Assembly: GCA_965228855.1 (NCBI GenBank)
Contig: CBDDIJ010000003.1
Span: 640,001 to 704,000, forward strand
Direction: 5' to 3'
Length of the DNA stretch: 64,000 bases
Source: Candidatus Obscuribacterales bacterium
GTDB lineage: Bacteria > Cyanobacteriota > Vampirovibrionia > Obscuribacterales > Obscuribacteraceae
The position numbers were made by a program, and so were the translations under genes. Shown here piece by piece: positions 1-8,665 of this stretch (the stretch's first letter is position 1; the number at the start of each line of letters is the position of its first letter). The notes below the pieces were generated by a model, which saw only the letters and a list, made by a program, of their open reading frames with translations, was not told where the DNA came from and ran no database searches.

Positions 1-1455
1 CGAGCCATAATCCGGATGCATATCCAGTGCGATTAATCGTGGCTCGATTTTGAATAGTCTGATGTAATCGTTCAACGTCTCGGTGAAAAAATGCAGTGAT
101 TCAACGCTTTCTAGATCACCTATATGCTGGCTCAGGTAAGCCTTATCGTCGTGAACTAAACAGAAAGTGTTTTTCAAGTGTCCACCAACGGCCAGCATTG
201 GCAGCTTCGCTCGATACGGCAGTTGAACAGCTTGTGGTGCAAAACCCCTTGCGCGTCGCACGACCATCGGCTTCTCAGCAACGATACTGCAAACGGTGTC
301 ATCATATCGAGACACGATATCTCTGTTGTTGAGCAAAAATCCGTCGGCAATGGTCTTGAGTCTCGCTAGGGCTTCCCGGTTTCCGGCTGCAATTGGTTCT
401 TCACTAACATTGCCACTTGTGACTACGAGCGGTAGTTTTGTCTTGCGTAGAAGCAGGTGATGCAACGGCGTATAAGGCAGCATGACTCCGAGGGTATTCG
501 TTGTCGGAGCCACTTGATTCGAAATCCGGTGTTGATTGTTTTTCTTGTTGAGCAAGACTATTGGTCTGGCTGAACAAGTCAGAAGCTCCGATTCTCTCTG
601 AGAAATATCGCAGATGGCCTGTGCGGCTTCCAGGTCCGAGACCATCAAGGCGAAGGGCTTTGCTTCTCGTCCTTTACGCTCCCTCAGCCTTTTAACGGTG
701 TCGTCATTAGTGGCATCACAAATCAACTGGAAACCGCCGAGTCCTTTGACTGCGATTATTGAGCCGGAGCGGATCTCCAAAACTGCCCGAGTCAGCTCAT
801 CCTCGGAGCTATCGTTTTTCAACGCACTTAATTGCATCTGTTGAAGCTCTGGGTTTCCACCCTTCTCGAACCAAAGGGCAGGGCCGCATCTCGGACAAGC
901 TGTGGGTTCCGCATGAAAGCGTCTGTCGGCAGGATCTTCGTACTCTAGGCTACAGTCTTCGCACATCGGAAAGCAGGCAAGACTCGTTTCAGACCTATCG
1001 TAAGGCAGATTTTTGATTACGGTAAAACGCGGTCCGCAGTCAACGCAATTTAGGAAAGGATAGTTGAATCGCCTGTCTTTATCGGAAAAAAGTTCCTTTA
1101 AACACGCTTCGCAAGTCGCTATATCCGGTGGAATATTTGCTCCCTGAGTTGTGAGAACCTGGCTTTCTATAATTCTAAAGCTGTTCACGTCAATGGAACT
1201 ACCGCACTGGCCTTCGGTACGCTCAATGCCATCGATTCTCGCAAGAGGCGGCAGTTCTTCGGACATTCGAGAGATAAACGTCGCAATCTCTTCAGAAGTG
1301 CCGATGATCTCAACCTCCACAAATGCTCCCTTGTTGAGAACCATACCTCTGAGCCCCAAAGCGGTTGCCAGACGGTATATAAACGGGCGAAAGCCCACTC
1401 CCTGCACGACTCCATAAATCCTCAGAATTGAGTGATGAAGCCCTTCAGTTTCCAT
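1..1455 (-). CDS. hypF: Hydrogenase maturation carbamoyltransferase HypF (3' end runs off the window)
   Basis: Absent from the ORF track. Manual translation from ATG 1455 gives METEGLHHSILRIYGVVQGVGFRPFIYRLA (acylphosphatase domain), followed by zinc-finger motifs (PPDIATCEAC...YPFLNCVDCGPRF; DRRFHAEPTACPRCGP). Confidence 0.95.
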   Translation of the reverse strand, partial: METEGLHHSILRIYGVVQGVGFRPFIYRLATALGLRGMVLNKGAFVEVEIIGTSEEIATFISRMSEELPPLARIDGIERTEGQCGSSIDVNSFRIIESQVLTTQGANIPPDIATCEACLKELFSDKDRRFNYPFLNCVDCGPRFTVIKNLPYDRSETSLACFPMCEDCSLEYEDPADRRFHAEPTACPRCGPALWFEKGGNPELQQMQLSALKNDSSEDELTRAVLEIRSGSIIAVKGLGGFQLICDATNDDTVKRLRERKGREAKPFALMVSDLEAAQAICDISQRESELLTCSARPIVLLNKKNNQHRISNQVAPTTNTLGVMLPYTPLHHLLLRKTKLPLVVTSGNVSEEPIAAGNREALARLKTIADGFLLNNRDIVSRYDDTVCSIVAEKPMVVRRARGFAPQAVQLPYRAKLPMLAVGGHLKNTFCLVHDDKAYLSQHIGDLESVESLHFFTETLNDYIRLFKIEPRLIALDMHPDYGS

Positions 1456-1473
1456 TGAGTGAATAGCCAAAAT

Positions 1474-1917
1474 CTAGCGTCCTTCGACGTTGTCGTCTGC
1501 ATCTTGGAGTTCAATACCAGTGATGTTCAACTCCTCGCCTCTCAGCATTGTCTCCAGGCTGCCACCGCAAATGGTGCATGCAAAATATGAGTCCGGCAGC
1601 GGATGATACTCGTGCTTCTGAGCGCAAACCGCGCGAGCCTCTACCAAATTGATTTTCAATGACGCATCTTTGAGTTCTTGCGAATCTTTCCTGAGCGATT
1701 CAAATGCGAAAGTTAAGCTTTCCGGATCGATGTTTCTGAACTCGCCTATCTCGACTTTGATGCTCACAACTCGCGGCTTGCCTGATGTATGAGGGTGCCC
1801 GAGTCCTTCCGCCTTCAGATTTGAGTTTCCCATGGACGCTAATTCTGCGGCAAACCTGTTAGAGAGCGCCTCTGACGCTTTAGTTAAAATTGCAATTGCT
1901 ACGGTCGCTTCATGCAT
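1474..1917 (-). CDS. hypA: Hydrogenase nickel metallochaperone HypA
   Basis: N-terminal MHE Ni motif, IGEFRNIDPESLTFAFE, C-terminal CTICG...GEEL; adjacent to hypF. Confidence 0.9.
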   Translation of the reverse strand: MHEATVAIAILTKASEALSNRFAAELASMGNSNLKAEGLGHPHTSGKPRVVSIKVEIGEFRNIDPESLTFAFESLRKDSQELKDASLKINLVEARAVCAQKHEYHPLPDSYFACTICGGSLETMLRGEELNITGIELQDADDNVEGR

Positions 1918-2488
1918 TGCTGCAGCCTTTTCTAAGTAGATTCAAATTCTTTTTAAAGCTTTCTTTCATTTGAACCCAGTTGGTTTCAGATATGGAGCTG
2001 CTTATGCCGAGGAAACTGACGGCAGGCATCCGTCCGTTCTCGAGCAAATCGAATTTTAGTTCATCTAACCAGGATAAACCATGTGTTGCCGAGATTGCTA
2101 AAGACGGTTGTGCTAGCAGTTCCGGTGTTAGCGAAGAAAATACCCAACCGCGAAAATCATCCAGATTCTCAGAAACTGTATCCACGACGACAATCTGGTC
2201 GTGTAAACGCAGGAGCGTTTTAAACCATGCAAAACCGCTATCCATCGCGAAGACGCAGATTCCATCTTCGTTCCAGTCTCTTTGAGTTTCGGCTATAAGT
2301 CTAGCCGCCTTCGAATCCTTTTCGACAATAGGGTTGCCTATCGCGATGATTGCAATTGCTTCAGACTCAGAGTCCAGCGTCGTCGCCAAGACAGACCCGA
2401 CCTGATCGAGGTGCTTGCAGTGCGACGTTAACTGGAGGGTATGTTCGTGCATACCGAACAATTTATCGCGCTCGTGAGAAGCTGTCAA
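1910..2488 (-). CDS. Hydrogenase maturation endopeptidase (HyaD/HycI family), divergent
   Basis: IAIGNP...D, VVVD and ATHG motifs; overlaps the hypA start. Confidence 0.7.
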   Translation of the reverse strand: MTASHERDKLFGMHEHTLQLTSHCKHLDQVGSVLATTLDSESEAIAIIAIGNPIVEKDSKAARLIAETQRDWNEDGICVFAMDSGFAWFKTLLRLHDQIVVVDTVSENLDDFRGWVFSSLTPELLAQPSLAISATHGLSWLDELKFDLLENGRMPAVSFLGISSSISETNWVQMKESFKKNLNLLRKGCSNA

Positions 2489-2495
2489 AAGATGG

Positions 2496-2927
2496 TCAGG
2501 CTGTTTGCAGTTGTTCTACGGTGACTAGTTTAACAACTTCGACAGAGCAAGGCGCGTCATGCACCACCCCGGATGCCACGCTGCCAATTGTTTCCGGTCG
2601 TACTCCGGTATCTCCGTGCGAGCCGAGAACAATCAAGTCTGCTTTCCAGCGTCGAGCCTCCTGAACTATTGTCGCTCTGGCGTCGCCGGTGAAGATTTCG
2701 CTGTCGATTTCTTGCACCTCTTTAAGACGCTCTTTCAATCGGGAGACACGATCGTCGAGAATTGTTTTAGCTTGATGACCAAGTTCTAAATCAGTTTCGT
2801 AGTTGCCAGTGGGGCGGACAACTGTAATTACTCTGAATTGGGTGTCCTTCGACCAGCTTCGTTGCGTGATGTTTTTCAGAATCTCGCAGGCGTAGCTGGA
2901 ACTATCAAGGGCTATCAAGATTTTCAT
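2496..2927 (-). CDS. Universal stress protein
   Basis: MKILIALD...ADLIVLGSHG...GSVASGVVHDAPCSVEVV; start moved to the ATG after a GGAGGG RBS. Confidence 0.93.
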   Translation of the reverse strand: MKILIALDSSSYACEILKNITQRSWSKDTQFRVITVVRPTGNYETDLELGHQAKTILDDRVSRLKERLKEVQEIDSEIFTGDARATIVQEARRWKADLIVLGSHGDTGVRPETIGSVASGVVHDAPCSVEVVKLVTVEQLQTA

Positions 2928-2961
2928 ATTCCCTCCAATCACAATTAGCAAATTAGTGTGT

Positions 2962-3432
2962 CTACGCAATGCTGGATTCAAACGGTTGGTGCCCTTTTAC
3001 AATTTCCACGGAACAGCCGGCATGTCCGGCAATTGCTTCCGCTGTACTGCCGAGGAAAAATTTCGAAATTCCCGATCGTCCGTGGGAGCCAACTACGATG
3101 AGGTCCGCTCCCCATTCATTAGCTCGTTCAATGATGCCCGGCCAAACAGCGCCTTCTCGTATGCAGCAGGTGACGTTTTCCTTTCCAAAAACCTTTTCAA
3201 GTTCCTGAACTTTTTCACGAACAAACTCTTTGCGTAGTTTCAAGAGCTCTTGTTCCGTATCGATCATGGTGACTGGCATGTATGCTGCGTTCCAGCCGAC
3301 GCACGTCATCGCAAGTGGCTCGAAAACACTCATGACTTCGAACTTAGTGTCTTGCGGCCATTTACGCTTTAAAACCGATTCAACTGCCATGTTTGAACAG
3401 TCGGATTGGTCCACGGCTAACATCACTTTCAT
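2962..3432 (-). CDS. Universal stress protein
   Basis: MKVMLAVD...ADLIVVGSHGRSGISKFFLGSTAE...AGCSVEIV. Confidence 0.95.
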   Translation of the reverse strand: MKVMLAVDQSDCSNMAVESVLKRKWPQDTKFEVMSVFEPLAMTCVGWNAAYMPVTMIDTEQELLKLRKEFVREKVQELEKVFGKENVTCCIREGAVWPGIIERANEWGADLIVVGSHGRSGISKFFLGSTAEAIAGHAGCSVEIVKGHQPFESSIA

Positions 3433-3526
3433 CGTAAGCACTCCCGGAAACTACATTTTTATTATCGTTTTCACCATCGGGTCTAAGCATCAGTCTTTAT
3501 GGGTAATCAACCGGATGATTAGTCGC

Positions 3527-3561
3527 AAAAAGAATGAAGACGCCGAGTGGACGGCGTCTTC
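3527..3561 (-). terminator. Intrinsic terminator
   Basis: Perfect 10-bp stem GAAGACGCCG/CGGCGTCTTC followed by a T-rich run on the minus strand. Confidence 0.75.
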
Positions 3562-3660
3562 AAATCGAGGTCTGGCGGTATGTGTTACTACAAATGAGCG
3601 GTTCAGTTTTACTCGTCCGTAGCTTCACTCTTCATTTTGTCAGAACTGTATCCAGGATAA

Positions 3661-3699
3661 TCGACCCGCAGGATGATTTTCAGTCATCCCTTCGGATGA
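3661..3699. promoter_or_regulatory. Tandem TCATCC-N4-GGATGA boxes
   Basis: TCGACC-CGCA-GGATGA (3661-3676) and perfect TCATCC-CTTC-GGATGA (3684-3699); starts 23 bp apart. Confidence 0.8.
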
Positions 3700-3752
3700 T
3701 TGATAGCGGAGAGTCTCGAGAGTTGCTATCGTTACTGGTCCTCTTCTGTGAA

Positions 3753-5462
3753 CTATTTAGCCTGACCCATTCGCGATTGCACGATTTGTTTGATGGACGC
3801 GAGGTCGCGTTTTCCATTTCCCAAAATAGGAATTTCCTCAACCCTTATGAAGTCGGTTTCCTGTGGTATCCAAATTCGAGGCATCGCAGACGCCCTCATC
3901 CTGCTTACAACTGTATGTGGTGGCATCTGATTCAAGTCTGCGTAAACCACGACGAGCCTTTCTCCTTGTTTTAAATCCTCTGCGGACGTCACGCAAACGT
4001 TGTGCTGTGCAGCTCCTGTTATTCGAACTATTTCTTCTTCAACTGCCAGATGTGAAACCATTTCGCCACCAATTTTAGAGAACTGGCTCAGTCTGCCGGT
4101 TATTGTAAGAAAACCTTCGTCGTCCAGGTAGCCGATGTCCCCCGTCTCAAACCATCCATCCTTGATGACTCGTTTAGTCTCTTCCGGTTTGCCAAGGTAT
4201 CCGAGCATGACTTGTGGTCCCTTCACCATGATCATGCCTTCCAAATTTCGTGCCAATGTCTCGCCGTTCTCTAAATTTAGGATTTTGATTTTGGTTCCCG
4301 GAATTGGCATTCCTACGGATCCATTTTTTCGGCCGGGCACGGTCCTGCCATTAGATATCCTTACGTCGTTTGAAACATTGCACGCTACCACTGGAGCGGT
4401 TTCAGCCAGACCGTAACCTTCCAGCGGGTGAATTCCCAGTGCATCCTCGAACTCCTGTCGCTGCTGCTCGTGCAGCTTTTCTCCGCCGATGATGCAGTTT
4501 TTCAACGATGCAAATTTTTCGACGGAGCACCTTCTAATGTAGGTACTCAACATCGTTGGCGTGCACACAAGAGTTGTGGCTTTGAACTTTTCGCAAAGGT
4601 CGGCAATTCTTCGGGCATCGAATGGGTTGTAGTGATAGACAACCATCTCTCCAAGGCATAGTGGCGTCCATAGTGTCATTGTTAGACCGAACGAATGAAA
4701 GTATGGAACTACTCCTAAGACGACCTCTCCATTTTTTATGTGTCCTCGCCAGCGAATTGCATGGATGTTAGACAATATGTTCTCATGAGAGAGAACCACT
4801 CCTTTTGGTGTTCCTGTACTGCCGGATGTGAAAATCACCGTCGCCGGCACGCTCAAACTGTTTTCCGTCTGAAGTTTGTCTGAATACAGGTGTCCCCACT
4901 TTGAGTCGAATCTCAAATGCTGCTGAGTGGAGAGACCTGGAAAAATTGTTCGCAAGAGTGACTCGGGAACTACCTCGGCTTCAGTCCATGCCTTGACGCG
5001 TTTAAACAATCCCAGATCGCTTGCCATATTGTCGAGATTGACCATGCGTTCAGGCTCGACCGTGAGCGTTATCCTCTTCAAAAACTTTTCCGACGAGATC
5101 ACCACGCTGATCTCGCATTCTTTTATACATGCATTGCAAATAGCCTGGGAAGTTGTGTAATTCAGGTTTGCCGAAACCTTGCCGAGCAGGGCTACGGCAA
5201 GGTTCGCAACGGCCGCAGCCGCTGATGGCGGTAAAAGAATGCCGATTGGAGCATCGTCTAGTGCTCGTTTTCCGAGTTCATTGGCGAGGGCGACAGCGGC
5301 TAAAAGCAATCCACGGTAGGTTAGTCTTGTCCCTAGAGAGTCTACGACCGCTGTGGCGTCAGGTGTTTGTCGCACTTGATGCAGGAATGCGTGAGGCAAG
5401 GAAAACCAGGACTCCGGTAAGGGAGGAAGTTCATTGTTGATATCGTTTTTCAATCCAAGCAT
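3753..5462 (-). CDS. AMP-binding acyl-ACP/acyl-CoA synthetase (Aas C-terminal-domain-like)
   Basis: FTSGSTGTPKG, EGYGLAE, TGD, GRLSQFSKIGGE and GK motifs. Confidence 0.88.
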   Translation of the reverse strand: MLGLKNDINNELPPLPESWFSLPHAFLHQVRQTPDATAVVDSLGTRLTYRGLLLAAVALANELGKRALDDAPIGILLPPSAAAAVANLAVALLGKVSANLNYTTSQAICNACIKECEISVVISSEKFLKRITLTVEPERMVNLDNMASDLGLFKRVKAWTEAEVVPESLLRTIFPGLSTQQHLRFDSKWGHLYSDKLQTENSLSVPATVIFTSGSTGTPKGVVLSHENILSNIHAIRWRGHIKNGEVVLGVVPYFHSFGLTMTLWTPLCLGEMVVYHYNPFDARRIADLCEKFKATTLVCTPTMLSTYIRRCSVEKFASLKNCIIGGEKLHEQQRQEFEDALGIHPLEGYGLAETAPVVACNVSNDVRISNGRTVPGRKNGSVGMPIPGTKIKILNLENGETLARNLEGMIMVKGPQVMLGYLGKPEETKRVIKDGWFETGDIGYLDDEGFLTITGRLSQFSKIGGEMVSHLAVEEEIVRITGAAQHNVCVTSAEDLKQGERLVVVYADLNQMPPHTVVSRMRASAMPRIWIPQETDFIRVEEIPILGNGKRDLASIKQIVQSRMGQAK

Positions 5463-5812
5463 CGCACTGTACCTGAGGTCTGCGAACGGTCTACTATTTT
5501 CAGGTTACTGCCAGAAAGGTCATAAACACATCCATCGAAAGATGCATTCCGGGTTCGGTGTAGTTGCAATTTCTGGTACTGGAGCTCATTGCCGCGATGA
5601 AAAACACCATATTCGGTGCCACTGGCTTTGAATATGGTGCCTTTCCCCTGGTCTCTCTCAAAGTTGTGCGTATTTATTCGCTGCTTTCATTATGGCAAAG
5701 TCTATCGCGCCGTGAATCATCCTAAATGCGTATTTCGGCAATTAGTCGAATTTTGAGATAATGCAATCCGGGCATACTTATATTGGATATTGGCCCTGCG
5801 GAGCTCCCAATT

Positions 5813-6562
5813 ATGAAATTCAACCTCGTACGACCCCTGAAGCCTATCGCCGTGAGTGCTGCCGTGCTTGCGCTTTTTGTTCTTGCTGATGACAGATCTG
5901 CTGCAAATGCGCCGAGCAATGACGCCGAGAAACTGATGGACAAGCAAGGATGTCTCCATTGCCATTATCTGCGAGGAAGAGGCGGTTTCATCGGACCACC
6001 GCTGGAGGGAATTCGCAAATTCAGGACAGAGGACGACATTGTGGCGGTTTTGACGCAGAGCCGACATCTGCCGGAATCATATCCCAAGGGCATCGTCGAC
6101 TCTACTGACTTCATGAAGCATGTTCATTTAAGCAAGGATGACGCGAAAACAGTAGCATCTTACCTTCTTTCGATTCCGGACGAGGATGCCTTTGAGGTAA
6201 AGGGTCATGGTGAGGACGAACCGGATGCGATTCCACAAGGATTTAACTTCAAGCCAAAGGCACCCTCGGAGTCGTCGCGCAAAGGGATGGCGGTTTATAA
6301 GGAAGCGGGTTGCGTAGCCTGCCACTCCATCGCTGGTTTTGGCGGATGGCGTGGTCCGTCTCTTGATGCAGTCGGCGCAAGATTGAATAAAACTGCGATA
6401 GAAAACCGAATTAGCCGCGGAGCTACGGTATTTTTCGAGGGGAAAGAATACAAGCCAAGCGAGTATTCGATGCCCCCCGCAGAGCTGGCACCTGAGCAGA
6501 TTAGCGACATCACCGAGTTCCTGTTGACCCTACCACAAAAAGCAGCCAAAGAAGAAAATTAG
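5813..6562 (+). CDS. Exported dihaem cytochrome c
   Basis: N-terminal hydrophobic signal; CLHCH and CVACH haem motifs. Confidence 0.85.
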   Translation: MKFNLVRPLKPIAVSAAVLALFVLADDRSAANAPSNDAEKLMDKQGCLHCHYLRGRGGFIGPPLEGIRKFRTEDDIVAVLTQSRHLPESYPKGIVDSTDFMKHVHLSKDDAKTVASYLLSIPDEDAFEVKGHGEDEPDAIPQGFNFKPKAPSESSRKGMAVYKEAGCVACHSIAGFGGWRGPSLDAVGARLNKTAIENRISRGATVFFEGKEYKPSEYSMPPAELAPEQISDITEFLLTLPQKAAKEEN

Positions 6563-6597
6563 GCTTGCCACCGGATATGGTATCGGCTCCGGAAGTG

Positions 6598-8472
6598 TTA
6601 GCGCGCCGGTTCCAGATGTTTCATATTAGTCGACGTTTTGAAAATTGTGTTTAGCTCTTCCTCGGTGATGGTTTCCTTCTGGAGAAGCAGTTCCGCTCCT
6701 GCGTGCAGAGCAGACTCGTTCTTCTCCAAAATATTTTCGGCTCTTTCGTATGCCTGGTGGACCAACTCTTTGACGGCGTCATCAATATCCATCTTGGTTT
6801 TTTCACTGAGGTCATGGTTGATGTTGAAACCTAGATTGCCGTTCAAAAAGGGCGACTGTTCCTGCGAATACGTTACCATGCCGGTTTCGTCGACCATTCC
6901 ATAGCGGGTCACCATGTCCCGAGCGATTTCGGTAGCTTTTGCGAAGTCATCAGACGCGCCGGTGGATGAGTCATGAAAAATTATCTGTTCAGCGGCTCGT
7001 CCGCCCATAAGAACGCTCATCTTGTTAAGCAGTTCTTGCTTTGACATGAGAAAGCGATCCTCGATAGGGCGCCGCAAAGTGTATCCCAGTGCGCCTATGC
7101 CTCGTGGAATTATTGAAACCTTCTGGACCGGCTCGGTATCTGGAAAGTTCAACGCCACTAATGCGTGTCCCATTTCGTGGAATGCCACGACCTCTCGCTC
7201 ATGCTTGTTCAACAGTCGATTCTTTTTCTCCAGACCGGCAACGATTCTTTCAAACGCTGCAATCACATCATCTTTGGTTACTGCATTTGCATTTCGGCGC
7301 GCTGCCAGAAGTGTGGACTCATTTACCAGATTCGCCAGATCTGCTCCGCTGAAGCCTGTTGTGAGTGCTGCTATCTCTTCAAGCGCGATATCATCTGCAG
7401 TTTTTACATTCTTCAGATGTACTTTCAGAATGGCGATTCTACCCACTTTGTCGGGGCGGTCTACTAAAACCTGTCGATCGAATCTTCCAGCGCGCAGCAA
7501 AGCCGGATCCAGAATTTCGGGGCGATTGGTAGCGGCCAGAAGGATGACACCACCTACGGTGTCGAAACCATCCAGCTCAGATAACAACTGATTCAAAGTC
7601 TGTTCTTTCTCGTCGTGACCTCCTGCTACCGGGCCCATTCCCCGTGCTCTTCCGAGTGCGTCGAGTTCGTCAATGAATATGATGCAAGGCGCCTTCGCTT
7701 TTGCCTGTTCAAATAGGTCGCGAACTCGGGCCGCGCCAACTCCGACGAAAAGCTCAACAAATTCCGAGCCGGAAATTGAGAAGAAAGGAACCTTGGCTTC
7801 ACCTGCTATCGCCCTGGCTAGAAGTGTCTTTCCTGTGCCCGGAGGTCCGACCAGAAGGACTCCTTTCGGTAGTTTCCCGCCAAGCCTGCGATATCGATCC
7901 GGTTCGCGCAGGAATGTGACGATCTCTTGCAGTTCTTCCTTTGCTTCATCTACGCCGGCTACGTCGTCGAAGGTGACTTTGATATCTTCCTCCATGTAGA
8001 CCCTTGCCCGACTTCGTCCGACAGAAAGCAAGCCGCCCGCTCCGCCCTCCTCTCGAACGCCTTTGACGAATCTCGAGATTAGAAACCAGATAACCAGCAT
8101 TGGAAGAACAAATTGTGCAATGCCAAACCAATTATTATCCTCTGGCTCTGCGGAATATTTCAAAGATTTTGATTGTTCGAGCACCTTAAGGATGGGTTGG
8201 TCTATTGCGACTGTTTTAAACTTTGTTGTCTTTTCTTTGCCTGAAGTATTTGTTGACAGTGTGCCTGAGATCTCTCGGCCTTTCACGGACACTTCGATGA
8301 CTTTATCGTTTTTCAAAGCGTCTAAAAACTCGCTGTAGCGAAGATCCTTGTATTGCGCAGTTTGAAAAATGTAAGCCAGAATAATTAGAACAAGCCACCA
8401 GACCAGAAAATATTGAAAGCCGTCCAGTGGGGCTTCCTTTGTGGGGCTTTTATCCTTCTTGATTTCAGGCAA
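6598..8472 (-). CDS. ftsH: ATP-dependent zinc metalloprotease FtsH
   Basis: Two TM segments, [14 protein letters not shown], second region of homology, HEMGH. Confidence 0.97.
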   Translation of the reverse strand: MPEIKKDKSPTKEAPLDGFQYFLVWWLVLIILAYIFQTAQYKDLRYSEFLDALKNDKVIEVSVKGREISGTLSTNTSGKEKTTKFKTVAIDQPILKVLEQSKSLKYSAEPEDNNWFGIAQFVLPMLVIWFLISRFVKGVREEGGAGGLLSVGRSRARVYMEEDIKVTFDDVAGVDEAKEELQEIVTFLREPDRYRRLGGKLPKGVLLVGPPGTGKTLLARAIAGEAKVPFFSISGSEFVELFVGVGAARVRDLFEQAKAKAPCIIFIDELDALGRARGMGPVAGGHDEKEQTLNQLLSELDGFDTVGGVILLAATNRPEILDPALLRAGRFDRQVLVDRPDKVGRIAILKVHLKNVKTADDIALEEIAALTTGFSGADLANLVNESTLLAARRNANAVTKDDVIAAFERIVAGLEKKNRLLNKHEREVVAFHEMGHALVALNFPDTEPVQKVSIIPRGIGALGYTLRRPIEDRFLMSKQELLNKMSVLMGGRAAEQIIFHDSSTGASDDFAKATEIARDMVTRYGMVDETGMVTYSQEQSPFLNGNLGFNINHDLSEKTKMDIDDAVKELVHQAYERAENILEKNESALHAGAELLLQKETITEEELNTIFKTSTNMKHLEPAR

Positions 8473-8665
8473 TGGTCCGACCTCAGAGTTACATTCCTCT
8501 TATTGTCGCGTGGGACCGAGAACTACGCATCAGCCTGACAGTCCATGTGCAGTCAGTCTTTGGGTGGATTGCTCCTCTATTACTACCAGGCACGCTACGC
8601 ATGAGGATGGAAGCATTATTTCGTCATATAAGGGATCATATGCTTATTGACGGAAAGGACACGAG

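Noticed and set aside
96..1417. Short ORFs in the track over 96-1417, including 1185-1415(-)
   Set aside because: They are shadows of hypF, which the track missed because it runs off the window edge.
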